In this document: in pieces, positions 7,323 to 17,387 of the stretch
Layout: the number at the start of each line of letters is the position of its first letter
Position numbering within the stretch: the stretch's first letter is position 1
NCBI GenBank assembly: GCA_028282585.1
Contig: JANQHR010000045.1
Span: 1 to 20,787 of the forward strand
DNA: 20,787 bases
Direction of reading: 5' to 3'
Origin: Bacteroidales bacterium
Lineage (GTDB): Bacteria > Bacteroidota > Bacteroidia > Bacteroidales > UBA12077
Position numbers and translations under genes: made by a program
Notes under the pieces: model-generated
The model's input: the letters and a program-made list of their open reading frames with translations, nothing else
Database searches by the model: none
Told to the model about the DNA's origin: nothing

Positions 7323-9905
7323 ATGATAAATCTTAGAAAAGATATGGACGCAAAATTTTCACAAAAAATAAAAGATGTATTAAGTTTTAGTAAAGAAGAA
7401 GCCGTTCGGCTGGGAAATGCTTATATTGGTACAGAGCACCTGTTATTGGGAATTCTCAGAGAAGGAGAAGGTATTGCTATTACCATACTCGAAAACTTAA
7501 ACATTGATCTTAATCAACTAAAAAAATCCATTGAATTTAGAATAAGATCAGAAGAGAACTTAAAAATAGCGGATACAGATAATATCCCATTATTTAAGAC
7601 AGCTGAAAGAGCCCTTAAATTGGTTTATCTGGAAGCTAAATCCTTTAACAGCGCAACGATTAATACCGGACACTTATTATTGTCTATATTAAAAGATGAA
7701 AATAGTGTAGTAACTCAAATTCTTGAAGAACAGCATGTCGATTATCAGTCGGTACGTACTGAGATGGAGAATAGCCAGCAACCAGAAGCTAAGGCTGAAT
7801 TTGAAGATGAAGAAAATGAAATGCCGTTTGGGTCAGGTAAGAATCCTGGAGGAGGAGCACCTCAATCAGGTCAGAAATCTAAGTCAGATACTCCCGTATT
7901 AGATAATTTTGGTATTGATCTTACAAAAGCAGCGGAAGATAATGCATTGGATCCAATTGTCGGACGCGATAAAGAAATTGAACGTTTGGCACAAATTCTA
8001 AGTCGAAGAAAAAAGAATAATCCTGTCTTAATTGGTGAACCTGGTGTTGGAAAATCTGCAATTGCAGAAGGGTTAGCTCTTAGAATTACTCAAAGAAAAG
8101 TATCCAGGGTATTATTCGATAAACGTGTTATAACACTTGATCTTGCTTCGATTGTTGCAGGAACAAAATATCGTGGGCAGTTTGAAGAACGTATGAAAGC
8201 GATCTTAAATGAACTGGGAAAATCTACAAATATTATTCTTTTTATTGATGAGATTCATACCATTGTTGGTGCCGGTGGAGCAACCGGATCGCTGGATGCT
8301 GCAAATATGTTAAAACCTGCTCTTGCACGTGGTGAAATTCAATGTATAGGGGCCACAACATTAGATGAATACAGACAACATATAGAAAAAGACGGTGCTC
8401 TCGAAAGGCGTTTCCAGAAAGTTATGGTTGACCCTACTACACCTGAGGAAACTATGGAGATACTAAAGAATATAAAAGGAAGATATGAGGATCACCATAA
8501 CGTTAACTATACAGATGACGCTATTGATGCTTGCGTTAAACTAACCATGCGTTATATAAGCGATCGTCATTTACCTGATAAAGCAATTGATGCTTTGGAT
8601 GAATCCGGCTCAAGAGTGCATATTTCAAATATTGTTGTTCCAAACAAGATTATTGAACTGGAAAAACAAATTGAAAACGTTCGTGAAGAAAAGATAGCTG
8701 CCGTAAAGAATCAGAATTTCGAATTAGCTGCCAATTTCCGCGACAATGAGAAAAAATTGATGGAATCACTTGATAAAGAGAAAGAAAATTGGGAAAAAGA
8801 ATTGGTTAAAAATAGAGAAACCGTTTCTGAAGAAGAAGTTGCAGAAGTTGTTGCTATGATGACGGGTGTTCCTGTTCAACGAATTGCCCAGGCAGAAGGT
8901 ACCCGTTTAATGAAAATGGGTGAAGAACTTAAGAAAAATGTAATTGGACAGAATGAAGCTATTGAAAAGATTGTAAAATCAATCCAACGTAATCGTGCAG
9001 GTTTAAAAGATCCTAATAAACCAATTGGTTCGTTTATATTCCTGGGACCTACCGGTGTTGGTAAAACTCAGTTAGCTAAGGTTCTTGCCCTTTATTTATT
9101 CGATAGTGTAGATAATCTGATTAGAATGGACATGAGCGAATACATGGAAAAATTTTCGGTATCGAGGCTGGTCGGAGCACCTCCGGGATATATCGGATAT
9201 GAGGAAGGTGGACAATTGACTGAAAAAGTAAGGCGACGTCCTTATTCGGTTATCTTATTAGATGAAATTGAAAAAGCACATCCGGATGTATTTCATTTAT
9301 TACTTCAGGTATTGGATGAAGGACAGTTAACCGATAGTTTAGGTCGTAGAGTTGACTTTAGAAATACAATAATCATTATGACTTCTAATATCGGTAGTCG
9401 TCAGTTAAAAGACTTTGGACAAGGTGTTGGCTTCTCAACAAGAGCCAAGCAGGAATCTGCAAGCCAGCATGCTAAGAGTGTTATCCAAAACGCCTTAAAA
9501 CGTTCATTTGCTCCGGAATTTATTAACAGATTAGATGATATTATCATATTTAATAGCTTAATTAAAGAACATATCTATAAGATTATTGATATTGAACTAA
9601 AAGGATTATTTACAAGAATTGAAACGCTTGGTTATAAAATTGACCTAACTAACGCAGCCAAAGATTATATTACAGAGAAAGGTTATGATCCTGATTTTGG
9701 TGCTCGTCCGTTGAAAAGAGCAATTCAGAAGTATCTGGAAGATCCAATGGCAGAAGCAATTATCAAATCAACACTAAAACAGGGTGATATCCTAAAAGTT
9801 GACTATAATAAGGAAAAAGATGAAATCATTATAACGCCTGTAAAAGGTAGCAAAGATGCCCTGCCGGAGGGCAATAAAAAAATCGAAGAAAAAAAGTCTG
9901 AATAG
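7323..9905 (+). CDS. clpC: ATP-dependent Clp protease ATP-binding subunit ClpC
   Basis: Clp-N repeats (IGTEHLLLGIL), AAA1 GEPGVGKS/FIDEIH, short UVR-type middle domain (QNFELAANFRD), AAA2 GPTGVGKT/LLDEIEKAH, and GARPL. Likely start 7344 (MDAKFS). Confidence 0.95.
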   Translation: MINLRKDMDAKFSQKIKDVLSFSKEEAVRLGNAYIGTEHLLLGILREGEGIAITILENLNIDLNQLKKSIEFRIRSEENLKIADTDNIPLFKTAERALKLVYLEAKSFNSATINTGHLLLSILKDENSVVTQILEEQHVDYQSVRTEMENSQQPEAKAEFEDEENEMPFGSGKNPGGGAPQSGQKSKSDTPVLDNFGIDLTKAAEDNALDPIVGRDKEIERLAQILSRRKKNNPVLIGEPGVGKSAIAEGLALRITQRKVSRVLFDKRVITLDLASIVAGTKYRGQFEERMKAILNELGKSTNIILFIDEIHTIVGAGGATGSLDAANMLKPALARGEIQCIGATTLDEYRQHIEKDGALERRFQKVMVDPTTPEETMEILKNIKGRYEDHHNVNYTDDAIDACVKLTMRYISDRHLPDKAIDALDESGSRVHISNIVVPNKIIELEKQIENVREEKIAAVKNQNFELAANFRDNEKKLMESLDKEKENWEKELVKNRETVSEEEVAEVVAMMTGVPVQRIAQAEGTRLMKMGEELKKNVIGQNEAIEKIVKSIQRNRAGLKDPNKPIGSFIFLGPTGVGKTQLAKVLALYLFDSVDNLIRMDMSEYMEKFSVSRLVGAPPGYIGYEEGGQLTEKVRRRPYSVILLDEIEKAHPDVFHLLLQVLDEGQLTDSLGRRVDFRNTIIIMTSNIGSRQLKDFGQGVGFSTRAKQESASQHAKSVIQNALKRSFAPEFINRLDDIIIFNSLIKEHIYKIIDIELKGLFTRIETLGYKIDLTNAAKDYITEKGYDPDFGARPLKRAIQKYLEDPMAEAIIKSTLKQGDILKVDYNKEKDEIIITPVKGSKDALPEGNKKIEEKKSE

Positions 9906-9911
9906 ATAAAC

Positions 9912-9949
9912 AAAGCCTTACTTCCATTGTTAACAAGTAAGGCTTTTTT
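9912..9949 (+). terminator. Intrinsic terminator after clpC
   Basis: Perfect 12-bp stem AAAGCCTTACTT / AAGTAAGGCTTT running into a T tract. Confidence 0.8.
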
Positions 9950-9975
9950 AATACATAATTTTTAAATAATAGAAA

Positions 9976-10491
9976 ATGGAAAAAAACAATTCAAAAGTAA
10001 CTTTTAAAGAGAATCCTATAACTCTAATTGGAAAAGAAACAAAAGTAAATGATAAAGCAGTAGATTTTGCTGTATTAAATAATGACTTACAAGAAGTTAA
10101 ACTATCTGATTTTGAAGGAAAAGTAAAAATCCTGTCGTTATTTCCTTCAGTTGATACAGGTATTTGTTCAAAACAAACGCATACGTTCAATAAAGAAGCA
10201 TCAAACTTGAGCGATGATGTTGTTATTATAACAATCTCAAACGACTTGCCATTTGCTTTGAACCGTTTTTGTGGTGCCGAAGGAATTGATAATTTAATAA
10301 CACTTTCGGATTATAAAACTCTTGATTTCTCTACTAAATATGGTTTTTTAATCGAAGAGTTAAGGCTTTTGGCGAGAGGTGTAATTGTTATAGATAAAGA
10401 AAATATAGTTCGTTATGTAGAATACGTAAAAGAAGTTACTACAGAGCCCGACTATGACAGTGCAATAAATGCAGCAAAGCAATACGTGTAA
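9976..10491 (+). CDS. tpx: Thiol peroxidase (atypical 2-Cys peroxiredoxin)
   Basis: FPSVDTGIC peroxidatic motif, DLPFA, resolving RFCGAEG, LLARGV. Confidence 0.93.
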   Translation: MEKNNSKVTFKENPITLIGKETKVNDKAVDFAVLNNDLQEVKLSDFEGKVKILSLFPSVDTGICSKQTHTFNKEASNLSDDVVIITISNDLPFALNRFCGAEGIDNLITLSDYKTLDFSTKYGFLIEELRLLARGVIVIDKENIVRYVEYVKEVTTEPDYDSAINAAKQYV

Positions 10492-10497
10492 TATATG

Positions 10498-10527
10498 AAG
10501 AGCCGGTTTATTAGTCCGGCTTTTTTT
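10498..10527. terminator. Terminator between convergent tpx and rimO
   Basis: AGCCGG / CCGGCT stem followed by a T run on the + strand. Confidence 0.7.
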
Positions 10528-11830
10528 ATTCTATTTTCCCTGTCAAATCAAAATCATCAGCACTTGTAATTCTAACATGGTAAAAACTTCCGGTTCGTAG
10601 TTTCTTATTAGGAGATTTAACAATCACTTCATTATCAACGTCGGGCGAATCAAATTCGGTTCTTCCAATGTAATGATCGCCTTCTTTTCGGTCAATAATT
10701 ACGTTAAAAACTCTACCAACTTTCTTATTATTCAAATCATTGGAGATTTCTCTCTGAATTTCCATGATCTCATCCATCCTGGATTGTTTAATAGAAAATG
10801 GAATATCATCTTGAAAGTTTTTAGCTGAATAAGTATTTTCTTCTTCGGAATAGGTAAACACTCCCAGTCTCTCAAACTGAGCAAATTTCACAAACTTTAC
10901 CAGCTCATTAAAATCCTTATCTGTTTCTCCGGGATGACCTACCAGTAAGGTTGTACGTAAAGCCATATCCGGAATTTCTTTTCTAAAATATTCGATAAGC
11001 TCGTACGTTTGTTTTTTGGTAATTCCACGTCGCATATTTTTTAAGAGCTTGTCACTTACATGTTGTACCGGAATATCAAGGTATTTACAAATATTTGATT
11101 TTGATTTCATTACCTCAATAACATCTTTAGGAAATTTAGCAGGAAAAGTATAATGCAAACGTAACCATTTTAATCCTTTAATATCAGATAGATTTTTTAT
11201 CAGTTCTCCCAATTTAGGTTTTTTATATAAATCTAATCCATAATAAGACAGATCCTGTGCAATCAATATAATTTCCTTTGCTCCCTGCTTAACTAAAAAC
11301 TCCGCTTCACTTACTAGTTCTTCCATTTTACGCGATCTATGTTTACCTTTGATTAAAGGAATGGCACAAAATGAGCATGTTCGATCACAACCTTCAGAGA
11401 TTTTTAAATAAGCATAATGTTTTGGAGTAGTTAAATATCTTTCTCCAACTAATTCTTCTTTATAGTGACCACCTATGGATTCAACTAATTCTTTTAAATT
11501 GTAAACTCCAAAATATTGATCTACAACAGGAATTTCTTTTTCTAATTCTTTCTGATACCTTTCGGATAAACAGCCGAATACAATTAGTTTTTCAATTTTT
11601 TTATTACTTCTCAGATCTTCAAATTGCAGAATAGTTTCTATGGACTCTTGTTTTGCATCATTAATAAATCCACAAGTATTAACAACAACAATTTCAGACC
11701 GTTCATTAGAGTCATGAACAACTTTATAACCATTCAATTCTAACTGTTTCATCAAAGATTCCGAATCAACCAGATTTTTCGAGCAACCTAACGTTATAAT
11801 ATTTACCTTTTTCGCTTTTTTTGTTTTCAT
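10526..11830 (-). CDS. rimO: Ribosomal protein S12 methylthiotransferase RimO
   Basis: UPF0004 TLGCSKNLVDSE and VNTCGFI, radical SAM CDRTCSFC in AYLKISEGC, C-terminal TRAM (GRTEFDSPDVD). Confidence 0.95.
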   Translation of the reverse strand: MKTKKAKKVNIITLGCSKNLVDSESLMKQLELNGYKVVHDSNERSEIVVVNTCGFINDAKQESIETILQFEDLRSNKKIEKLIVFGCLSERYQKELEKEIPVVDQYFGVYNLKELVESIGGHYKEELVGERYLTTPKHYAYLKISEGCDRTCSFCAIPLIKGKHRSRKMEELVSEAEFLVKQGAKEIILIAQDLSYYGLDLYKKPKLGELIKNLSDIKGLKWLRLHYTFPAKFPKDVIEVMKSKSNICKYLDIPVQHVSDKLLKNMRRGITKKQTYELIEYFRKEIPDMALRTTLLVGHPGETDKDFNELVKFVKFAQFERLGVFTYSEEENTYSAKNFQDDIPFSIKQSRMDEIMEIQREISNDLNNKKVGRVFNVIIDRKEGDHYIGRTEFDSPDVDNEVIVKSPNKKLRTGSFYHVRITSADDFDLTGKIE

Positions 11831-11838
11831 TTAAATAC

Positions 11839-11873
11839 AATAAAACCTGATGGTTAAAACCAACAGGCTTATT
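11839..11873 (-). terminator. Terminator-like hairpin between ftsY and rimO
   Basis: Minus strand AATAAGCCTGTTGGTTTTAACCATCAGGTTTTATT forms an imperfect stem-loop with a U-rich tail. Confidence 0.5.
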
Positions 11874-11893
11874 TGTTTAATCTATACTTTATA

Positions 11894-12844
11894 CTAATTT
11901 GAGAATAATGAATCTACAAATTCTTTTCGATTAAATACCTGTAAATCATCAAGCCCCTCTCCAATTCCAATATATTTAACCGGAATCTTAAACTGATCCG
12001 ATATCCCTATTACCACCCCTCCTTTTGCAGTACCGTCTAATTTAGTTAGTGCGAGAGCTGTAACATCTGTAACATTTGTAAACTGCCTGGCCTGTTCAAA
12101 TGCATTTTGTCCTGTAGATCCATCCAAAATAAGCAATATTTCATGTGGAGCATCAGGAATAACTTTTTGCATTACCTTTTTAATTTTACCCAACTCATTC
12201 ATCAGGTTAACTTTATTATGCAACCTTCCCGCAGTGTCAATAATAACAACATCTGCATTATTGGCTTTAGCTGATGATAAAGCATCAAAAGCAACAGAAG
12301 CAGGATCGGATCCCATCTTTTGTTTTACAATAGGAACATCAACCCGTTCGGCCCAAATAGTTAACTGATCAACTGCAGCTGCTCTAAATGTGTCTGCCGC
12401 ACCTAAATAAACCTTTTTACCCAGGTTTTTGAATTGATACGCTAATTTACCAATAGTTGTAGTTTTACCAACTCCATTTACTCCGACAACCATAATCACA
12501 TAAGGGTCGGAATTTGAATTAAAATCAAGCTTAAAATCCTGAGAATTATTTTCTTCCAGCAACCGGGCTATTTCTTCTTTTAGAATCTTATTTAGCTCGT
12601 CGGTTCCTAAATATTTATCCTTTGAAACTCTTTCTTCAATTCGTTCTATTATCTTTATGGTTGTATTTACTCCAACATCCGAAGAAATAAGAACTTCTTC
12701 GAGATTATCAAGAACTTCATCGTCTACTTTTGATTTACCTGCTACGACTCTCGATAATTTCTTGAATACGCTTTCTTTAGTTTTTTCAAGGCCTTTATCA
12801 AGCGTTTCCTTCTTTTCTTTTGAAAATATACCAAATGTTCCCAT
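11894..12844 (-). CDS. ftsY: Signal recognition particle receptor FtsY
   Basis: GVNGVGKTTTIGKLA, DTFRAAA, DTAGR, TKLDGTAKGG; NG domain without a long acidic A-domain. Confidence 0.97.
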   Translation of the reverse strand: MGTFGIFSKEKKETLDKGLEKTKESVFKKLSRVVAGKSKVDDEVLDNLEEVLISSDVGVNTTIKIIERIEERVSKDKYLGTDELNKILKEEIARLLEENNSQDFKLDFNSNSDPYVIMVVGVNGVGKTTTIGKLAYQFKNLGKKVYLGAADTFRAAAVDQLTIWAERVDVPIVKQKMGSDPASVAFDALSSAKANNADVVIIDTAGRLHNKVNLMNELGKIKKVMQKVIPDAPHEILLILDGSTGQNAFEQARQFTNVTDVTALALTKLDGTAKGGVVIGISDQFKIPVKYIGIGEGLDDLQVFNRKEFVDSLFSN

Positions 12845-12931
12845 TCTTACTTTTTTCTAAATTATGCCAGCCTAAGCAGACAGTGTTATCTCAGTGGCTA
12901 AATTTAATATAATTTCCTTTACGCCAGAAAT

Positions 12932-12960
12932 AAAAAAAGCCTTCTTTTATAAGAAAGCTT
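12932..12960 (-). terminator. Intrinsic terminator after rpmB-rpmG-DUF4295
   Basis: Minus strand AAGCTTTCTT-ATAA-AAGAAGGCTT followed by a U run. Confidence 0.75.
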
Positions 12961-12985
12961 ATTTTACAAAATATGTTTATAAGAA

Positions 12986-13138
12986 TTATTTCTTAGCGAA
13001 AAATTCTTTTAATTTATCGTTATGTACCATTTCTTCTACATACTGGAAACCACCTTTTTCAGATTTTACCATCTTAATACATTTAGTGTAATTTCTTCCA
13101 GCACCTGTCTGTAAACTTGCAACTGCTTTCTTAGCCAT
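12986..13138 (-). CDS. DUF4295-family small protein (50 aa); not in the ORF track
   Basis: Manual translation MAKKAVASLQTGAGRNYTKCIKMVKSEKGGFQYVEEMVHNDKLKEFFAKK*. Characteristic position between rpmG and ftsY in Bacteroidota. Confidence 0.9.
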   Translation of the reverse strand: MAKKAVASLQTGAGRNYTKCIKMVKSEKGGFQYVEEMVHNDKLKEFFAKK

Positions 13139-13145
13139 GACTTAA

Positions 13146-13331
13146 TTATTTAATTTCTTTATGAACTGTTACTTTTTTAAGAATAGGATTATATTTTTTC
13201 AATTCTAATCTTTCTGTAGTATTTTTTTTATTCTTGGTGGTAATGTATCTAGAAGTTCCAGGCATTCCTGATTCTTTATGTTCTGTACATTCCAATATTA
13301 CCTGAACTCTATTTCCTTTTTTTGATGCCAT
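13146..13331 (-). CDS. rpmG: 50S ribosomal protein L33
   Basis: [13 protein letters not shown]...[23 protein letters not shown]...HKEIK. Confidence 0.97.
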   Translation of the reverse strand: MASKKGNRVQVILECTEHKESGMPGTSRYITTKNKKNTTERLELKKYNPILKKVTVHKEIK

Positions 13332-13350
13332 TTTCTAATCCCCTTCTTAA

Positions 13351-13593
13351 TTAATAGTTAGCTATAAAACCTTTTTCTCTTGCTTCTTTTAGAGCTACTT
13401 TTAAACCTTTCTTATTGATTGTTCTGATTCCAGAAGCTGATACTTTTAGAGTAACCCAACGATCTTCTTCTTCGAAGTAAAACTTCTTGTTCATCAAGTT
13501 TGGGTAGAATCTTCTCTTAGTTCTCCTCTTTGAGTGGGAAACATTGTTTCCTACCATTACTTTCTTACCAGTTATTTGACAGATTCGTGACAT
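13351..13593 (-). CDS. rpmB: 50S ribosomal protein L28
   Basis: [11 protein letters not shown]...[19 protein letters not shown]. Confidence 0.97.
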   Translation of the reverse strand: MSRICQITGKKVMVGNNVSHSKRRTKRRFYPNLMNKKFYFEEEDRWVTLKVSASGIRTINKKGLKVALKEAREKGFIANY

Positions 13594-13690
13594 TTTTATT
13601 TCGATTTTTTATCTTATTTCTCAAACAGAACGCAAAATACGTGATTTTTATTCAATTAATCAAATATATTACTAAAAATTTTTCAAAAAA

Positions 13691-14938
13691 TTAAATTTCT
13701 AATCCAAGTATCAGTTTTCTTAGCATATTAAGCGCTGTAATAGACGCCATCTGAATATTTCTATTCCTATGATTCCCAAACACATACTTTTTACTAATCA
13801 CTTTATCTTTACTGGCAACTGCAATCCAGGTCGTACCTACTGGTTTTTCTTCAGTTCCGCCTGTTGGGCCGGCAATACCTGAAGTTGCAATAGCAAAATC
13901 GGTTTTATAAAGATTCTTTACTCCTGTTGCCATTTCTTCAACTACCTCTTTACTTACAGCTCCATAATCAATTAAATTACTTTTACTTACAGAAAGTACA
14001 TCTTTTTTTATTTTATTAGAATATGCAACAACTCCACCGGAAAAATACTCTGAACTTCCTGGTATTGATGTTAGCAAATGAGATATATTACCTCCTGTGC
14101 AACTCTCTGCTATACTTAATTGGCTATTTTCTTTTTTTAAAAGATTACCAATAATTTCTTCTAGTTTTTCCGAATCATATCCACAAATAAGCTCAGGAAT
14201 TAATTTTTCGAGTTTTTTAACCTGATCCTGAATAAGTTCCTCTAGCAATTTCTTGTTATTACCTTTTCCTGTCAATCTAAGTTTGATAATTCCTGGTGAA
14301 GGTAAATAAGCTATAGATATTTCTTTTGGGATATTTTTTTCCCAACTTTCAAGGTACTCAGCTAATCTCGACTCCGGCCACCCTTGTGTTAAAATTAGCT
14401 TATGAATTATATACTGATCTATTTGATTTTCTTTTAACCAGGGAATAATATAATTAGACATCATCCTTTTCATTTCAAAAGGTACACCGGGCATAGCAAT
14501 AAAAGTAACGTCATTCTTTTTAAGCTTCATTCCGGGAGCTGTTCCAATTTCATTCTGTATGATTTCAGAGTTTTCAAGAATATCAGCTTGTCTAATATTT
14601 CGCTCGTTCATCCATACTTTTCGTTTACTTGCGAAAGCTTCGACATGTTCAAGTACTTCTTTACTTTGAACTAGCTTCGTATTGAAATATTCAGCCAGTG
14701 CTTTTTTTGTTATATCATCATCAGTTGGCCCCAATCCTCCGGTAATCAATACCAAATCGGCATAATTTTCAGCATCATACAATGCTTTAAATATTTCCTC
14801 TTTATTGTCTGATATAGAAACAATTTTAGCAACATCAATTCCGATTAAATTAAGTTCATTTGCGATCCAGGTCGAATTTGTATCAACTGTTTGTCCAATT
14901 AGAATTTCATCACCAATGGTAATTATCTCTGTTTTCAT
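13691..14938 (-). CDS. cinA: CinA-like protein (MoCF-biosynthesis-like domain + PncC NMN deamidase)
   Basis: IGDEILIGQTVDTNS, TGGLGPTDDDIT, MPGVPFEM, then AESCTGG and TSGIAGPTGG...KPVGT. Confidence 0.93.
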   Translation of the reverse strand: MKTEIITIGDEILIGQTVDTNSTWIANELNLIGIDVAKIVSISDNKEEIFKALYDAENYADLVLITGGLGPTDDDITKKALAEYFNTKLVQSKEVLEHVEAFASKRKVWMNERNIRQADILENSEIIQNEIGTAPGMKLKKNDVTFIAMPGVPFEMKRMMSNYIIPWLKENQIDQYIIHKLILTQGWPESRLAEYLESWEKNIPKEISIAYLPSPGIIKLRLTGKGNNKKLLEELIQDQVKKLEKLIPELICGYDSEKLEEIIGNLLKKENSQLSIAESCTGGNISHLLTSIPGSSEYFSGGVVAYSNKIKKDVLSVSKSNLIDYGAVSKEVVEEMATGVKNLYKTDFAIATSGIAGPTGGTEEKPVGTTWIAVASKDKVISKKYVFGNHRNRNIQMASITALNMLRKLILGLEI

Positions 14939-16173
14939 TTGTTAAATTTTTCAATAAACTTTAATCGTTGTAACAAAGTTGGATGCGAATAATTAAAGAA
15001 AACATACAATGGATGTGGAGTTAAATTTGATAAATTGTGAACGAACAAATTCTTTAAAGCATTTTGAAGATGCACACCTTTATATTGCTCACTAGCAAAC
15101 TGATCGGCTGTGTATTCATTTTTTCTTGAAACCATATTCATAAACAAATCAATAATAGTTGAAATTGGGCTATATAAAAACCCAAAGGTTATTAAGCCTA
15201 AATGAAAACTTGGGAAATTTGAGCCCAAAGCTTTAGATAATAAAGGATTTCCAACAAAAAGAGAAAGAATGTATAAAGTTAAACCCGTTTGAATTATAGA
15301 TGTAAAAACAGATATCAAAGTATGTTTTTTCTTATAATGTCCAATTTCATGAGCTAATACTGCAACAATCTCTTCCTTGCTTAATTTTTCAATTAATGTA
15401 TCAAACAATACAATTTTTTTCTTTTTACCTAAGCCACTAAAATATGCATTTGCTTTTGTACTGCGTTTAGAACCATCTATTACAAAAATATTATCTAATT
15501 TAAATTCTGCTTTTGCGCAAAACTCAGTTATTTCGCTTTTTAACTCACCTTCTTCCAAAGGTTTTAATTTATTAAATAAAGGAACAATTAACGATGTGTA
15601 AAACATGGTCGTAAAAATCATAAATAAACTTACTGCAATCCATGCATATATCCAGAACGATTTTCCTACCGTATTATAAAACCAGATGATTAAAGCAATT
15701 AGTCCTCCTCCAATTATAGCGGCCAGAATCCATCCCTTTAATTTATCTGTAATGTAGGTTTTTGCGTTAGTTTTATTAAATGCAAATTTTTCTTCAATTA
15801 CAAACGTATCATACAAACCAAAGGGAATATGAAGTATGTCTGAAGCAAACATAATGATTCCAAAGAATATTAGTGCAATTAAAATAGAATTCTCCGTATA
15901 AGATCTGGCGATATTATCAATGAAAGCAAAGCCACTGAAATAAAGAAACGTAAGAATTAGAATTAAATTAAAGCTGCTTGTTACTAACGAAAATTTATGA
16001 TTGGCTTTATCATATTCCTGTGATTTCTTATACTTCTCATTATCATATATTCCTTTGAGTTCTTCCGGAAGTTCAGAGTTACGTTTGGTTGCATTTAAAT
16101 AATCAAGAAATTGTTCTAATAGATAATCGAATATTAAAATTCCGATAATAAAATAAAATATTATTTGATGCAT
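14935..16173 (-). CDS. M48 family (Ste24-like) integral-membrane zinc metallopeptidase
   Basis: Multiple TM segments, DGSKRSTKANAYF, HEIGH, SRKNEYTAD, YSHP. ATGA overlap with cinA. Confidence 0.92.
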   Translation of the reverse strand: MHQIIFYFIIGILIFDYLLEQFLDYLNATKRNSELPEELKGIYDNEKYKKSQEYDKANHKFSLVTSSFNLILILTFLYFSGFAFIDNIARSYTENSILIALIFFGIIMFASDILHIPFGLYDTFVIEEKFAFNKTNAKTYITDKLKGWILAAIIGGGLIALIIWFYNTVGKSFWIYAWIAVSLFMIFTTMFYTSLIVPLFNKLKPLEEGELKSEITEFCAKAEFKLDNIFVIDGSKRSTKANAYFSGLGKKKKIVLFDTLIEKLSKEEIVAVLAHEIGHYKKKHTLISVFTSIIQTGLTLYILSLFVGNPLLSKALGSNFPSFHLGLITFGFLYSPISTIIDLFMNMVSRKNEYTADQFASEQYKGVHLQNALKNLFVHNLSNLTPHPLYVFFNYSHPTLLQRLKFIEKFNK

Positions 16174-16199
16174 TGTGATTTAATTTTGAAATAAACGTT

Positions 16200-16207
16200 C
16201 AAAATTA
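16200..16207 (-). promoter_or_regulatory. Putative -7 promoter element for the M48 peptidase-cinA pair
   Basis: Minus strand TAATTTTG, 26 nt upstream of the ATG. Confidence 0.45.
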
Positions 16208-16241
16208 ATAAAAAAGCATTGATTAATTGATCTGTTGAATT

Positions 16242-17252
16242 TTAAAAAATCTGCTTATCAATTTTTTCGAAATCTTTCTTCCTTGCTTTTAATAATGAGA
16301 TATAATATCTAGTGCGTGTTTTATTTTTAATTTTCTTCGATTGTTCTGCCCAAGCAATTGCCAAATCTAAATTACCTAACATTTCGTTCCCAAAAGCAAG
16401 ATTAAAACATGCCCTGCTAGCTATTTCTTTATCAATATTATCGATGTATTTTTTCCAAATTTCAATTGCTTTTTCCCATTCATATCTTTTCACCAGTTTT
16501 GTTGCTTTTTCAAAATCTTTATTGCCTAAACCATAATAATATCTATTTTCAGATCTCCAGCCCGGAAAAATCCTGTTTGCATAATCAGCCGCCGCAAAAT
16601 AGCTTGTTTCTCTTATGGATCTTTCCACACTCACTATGTTCCTCCTTGCATCAGACTTTGTATATCCTTTTGCATCCCAATATAATGTATCCCTATAATG
16701 GTATTTATCTAATCTCTTTTTTTCAATTAAATCAAAAACGCTCCAATGAATATTTACCATTAATTCTCTATAACTAGTGTAAAAATATTCGCCGGTAATT
16801 TCATAATAATCCATAAACTCACTGCTAACCATTGACATCTTCATCGAATCTAAAATGATAAAAATATCTGAGTTAGTATTTCGAGTAATATTCTCCAGGT
16901 ATTTCCACGAAATAGTATCTTCACTGTATAGTTTATCTTTAGACGGATATCCTTTCATATAAAAAAGCCTTGTGGTATCAATTCCAACTGTGTATTTTAT
17001 GGCATCCATAAACCCCAGGCTCATCTCAGTAGTAATAATGTCATAAAGTAAAGTATCCATCTCATTATCGTTATTAATATCGGTTGCCAGGTTTATAAAA
17101 ACGGCTTGATTAAAATTTGGAGGAAGATCAATATCTGCCGGGACAATAGTTTCTATTTGAATTGAACTAAGGGGATTACAACTTTGAAAGGAAATCAAGG
17201 AAATTCCTAAAATTATGCCAATTAAATAATATTTCATTTGTAAGTAATGCAT
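16242..17252 (-). CDS. Putative lipoprotein with C-terminal TPR (DUF6340-like)
   Basis: Signal peptide with lipobox (LISFQS-C), IETIVPADIDLP, P.W...R.YY motif, TPR-like ACFNLAFGNEMLGNLDLAIAWA. Likely start 17237. Confidence 0.7.
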   Translation of the reverse strand: MHYLQMKYYLIGIILGISLISFQSCNPLSSIQIETIVPADIDLPPNFNQAVFINLATDINNDNEMDTLLYDIITTEMSLGFMDAIKYTVGIDTTRLFYMKGYPSKDKLYSEDTISWKYLENITRNTNSDIFIILDSMKMSMVSSEFMDYYEITGEYFYTSYRELMVNIHWSVFDLIEKKRLDKYHYRDTLYWDAKGYTKSDARRNIVSVERSIRETSYFAAADYANRIFPGWRSENRYYYGLGNKDFEKATKLVKRYEWEKAIEIWKKYIDNIDKEIASRACFNLAFGNEMLGNLDLAIAWAEQSKKIKNKTRTRYYISLLKARKKDFEKIDKQIF

Positions 17253-17319
17253 TTTAATATGATAACTATAATATATTATATAACATTAAATTTCTACAAA
17301 AAGTATTCCATATACCAAC

Positions 17320-17353
17320 AAAAAAGGTACTTATTTTTGTTCATAAGTACCTT
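17320..17353 (-). terminator. Intrinsic terminator after fabG
   Basis: Perfect 11-bp stem AAGGTACTTAT / ATAAGTACCTT with an A run on the left (U tract on the minus strand). Confidence 0.75.
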
Positions 17354-17387
17354 AATAATTTTATGTAATTAAAATCGATTTAAACTT

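Noticed and set aside
17267-17280. 14-bp palindrome TATAATATATTATA
   Set aside because: Purely A/T in an AT-rich intergenic region; likely chance.
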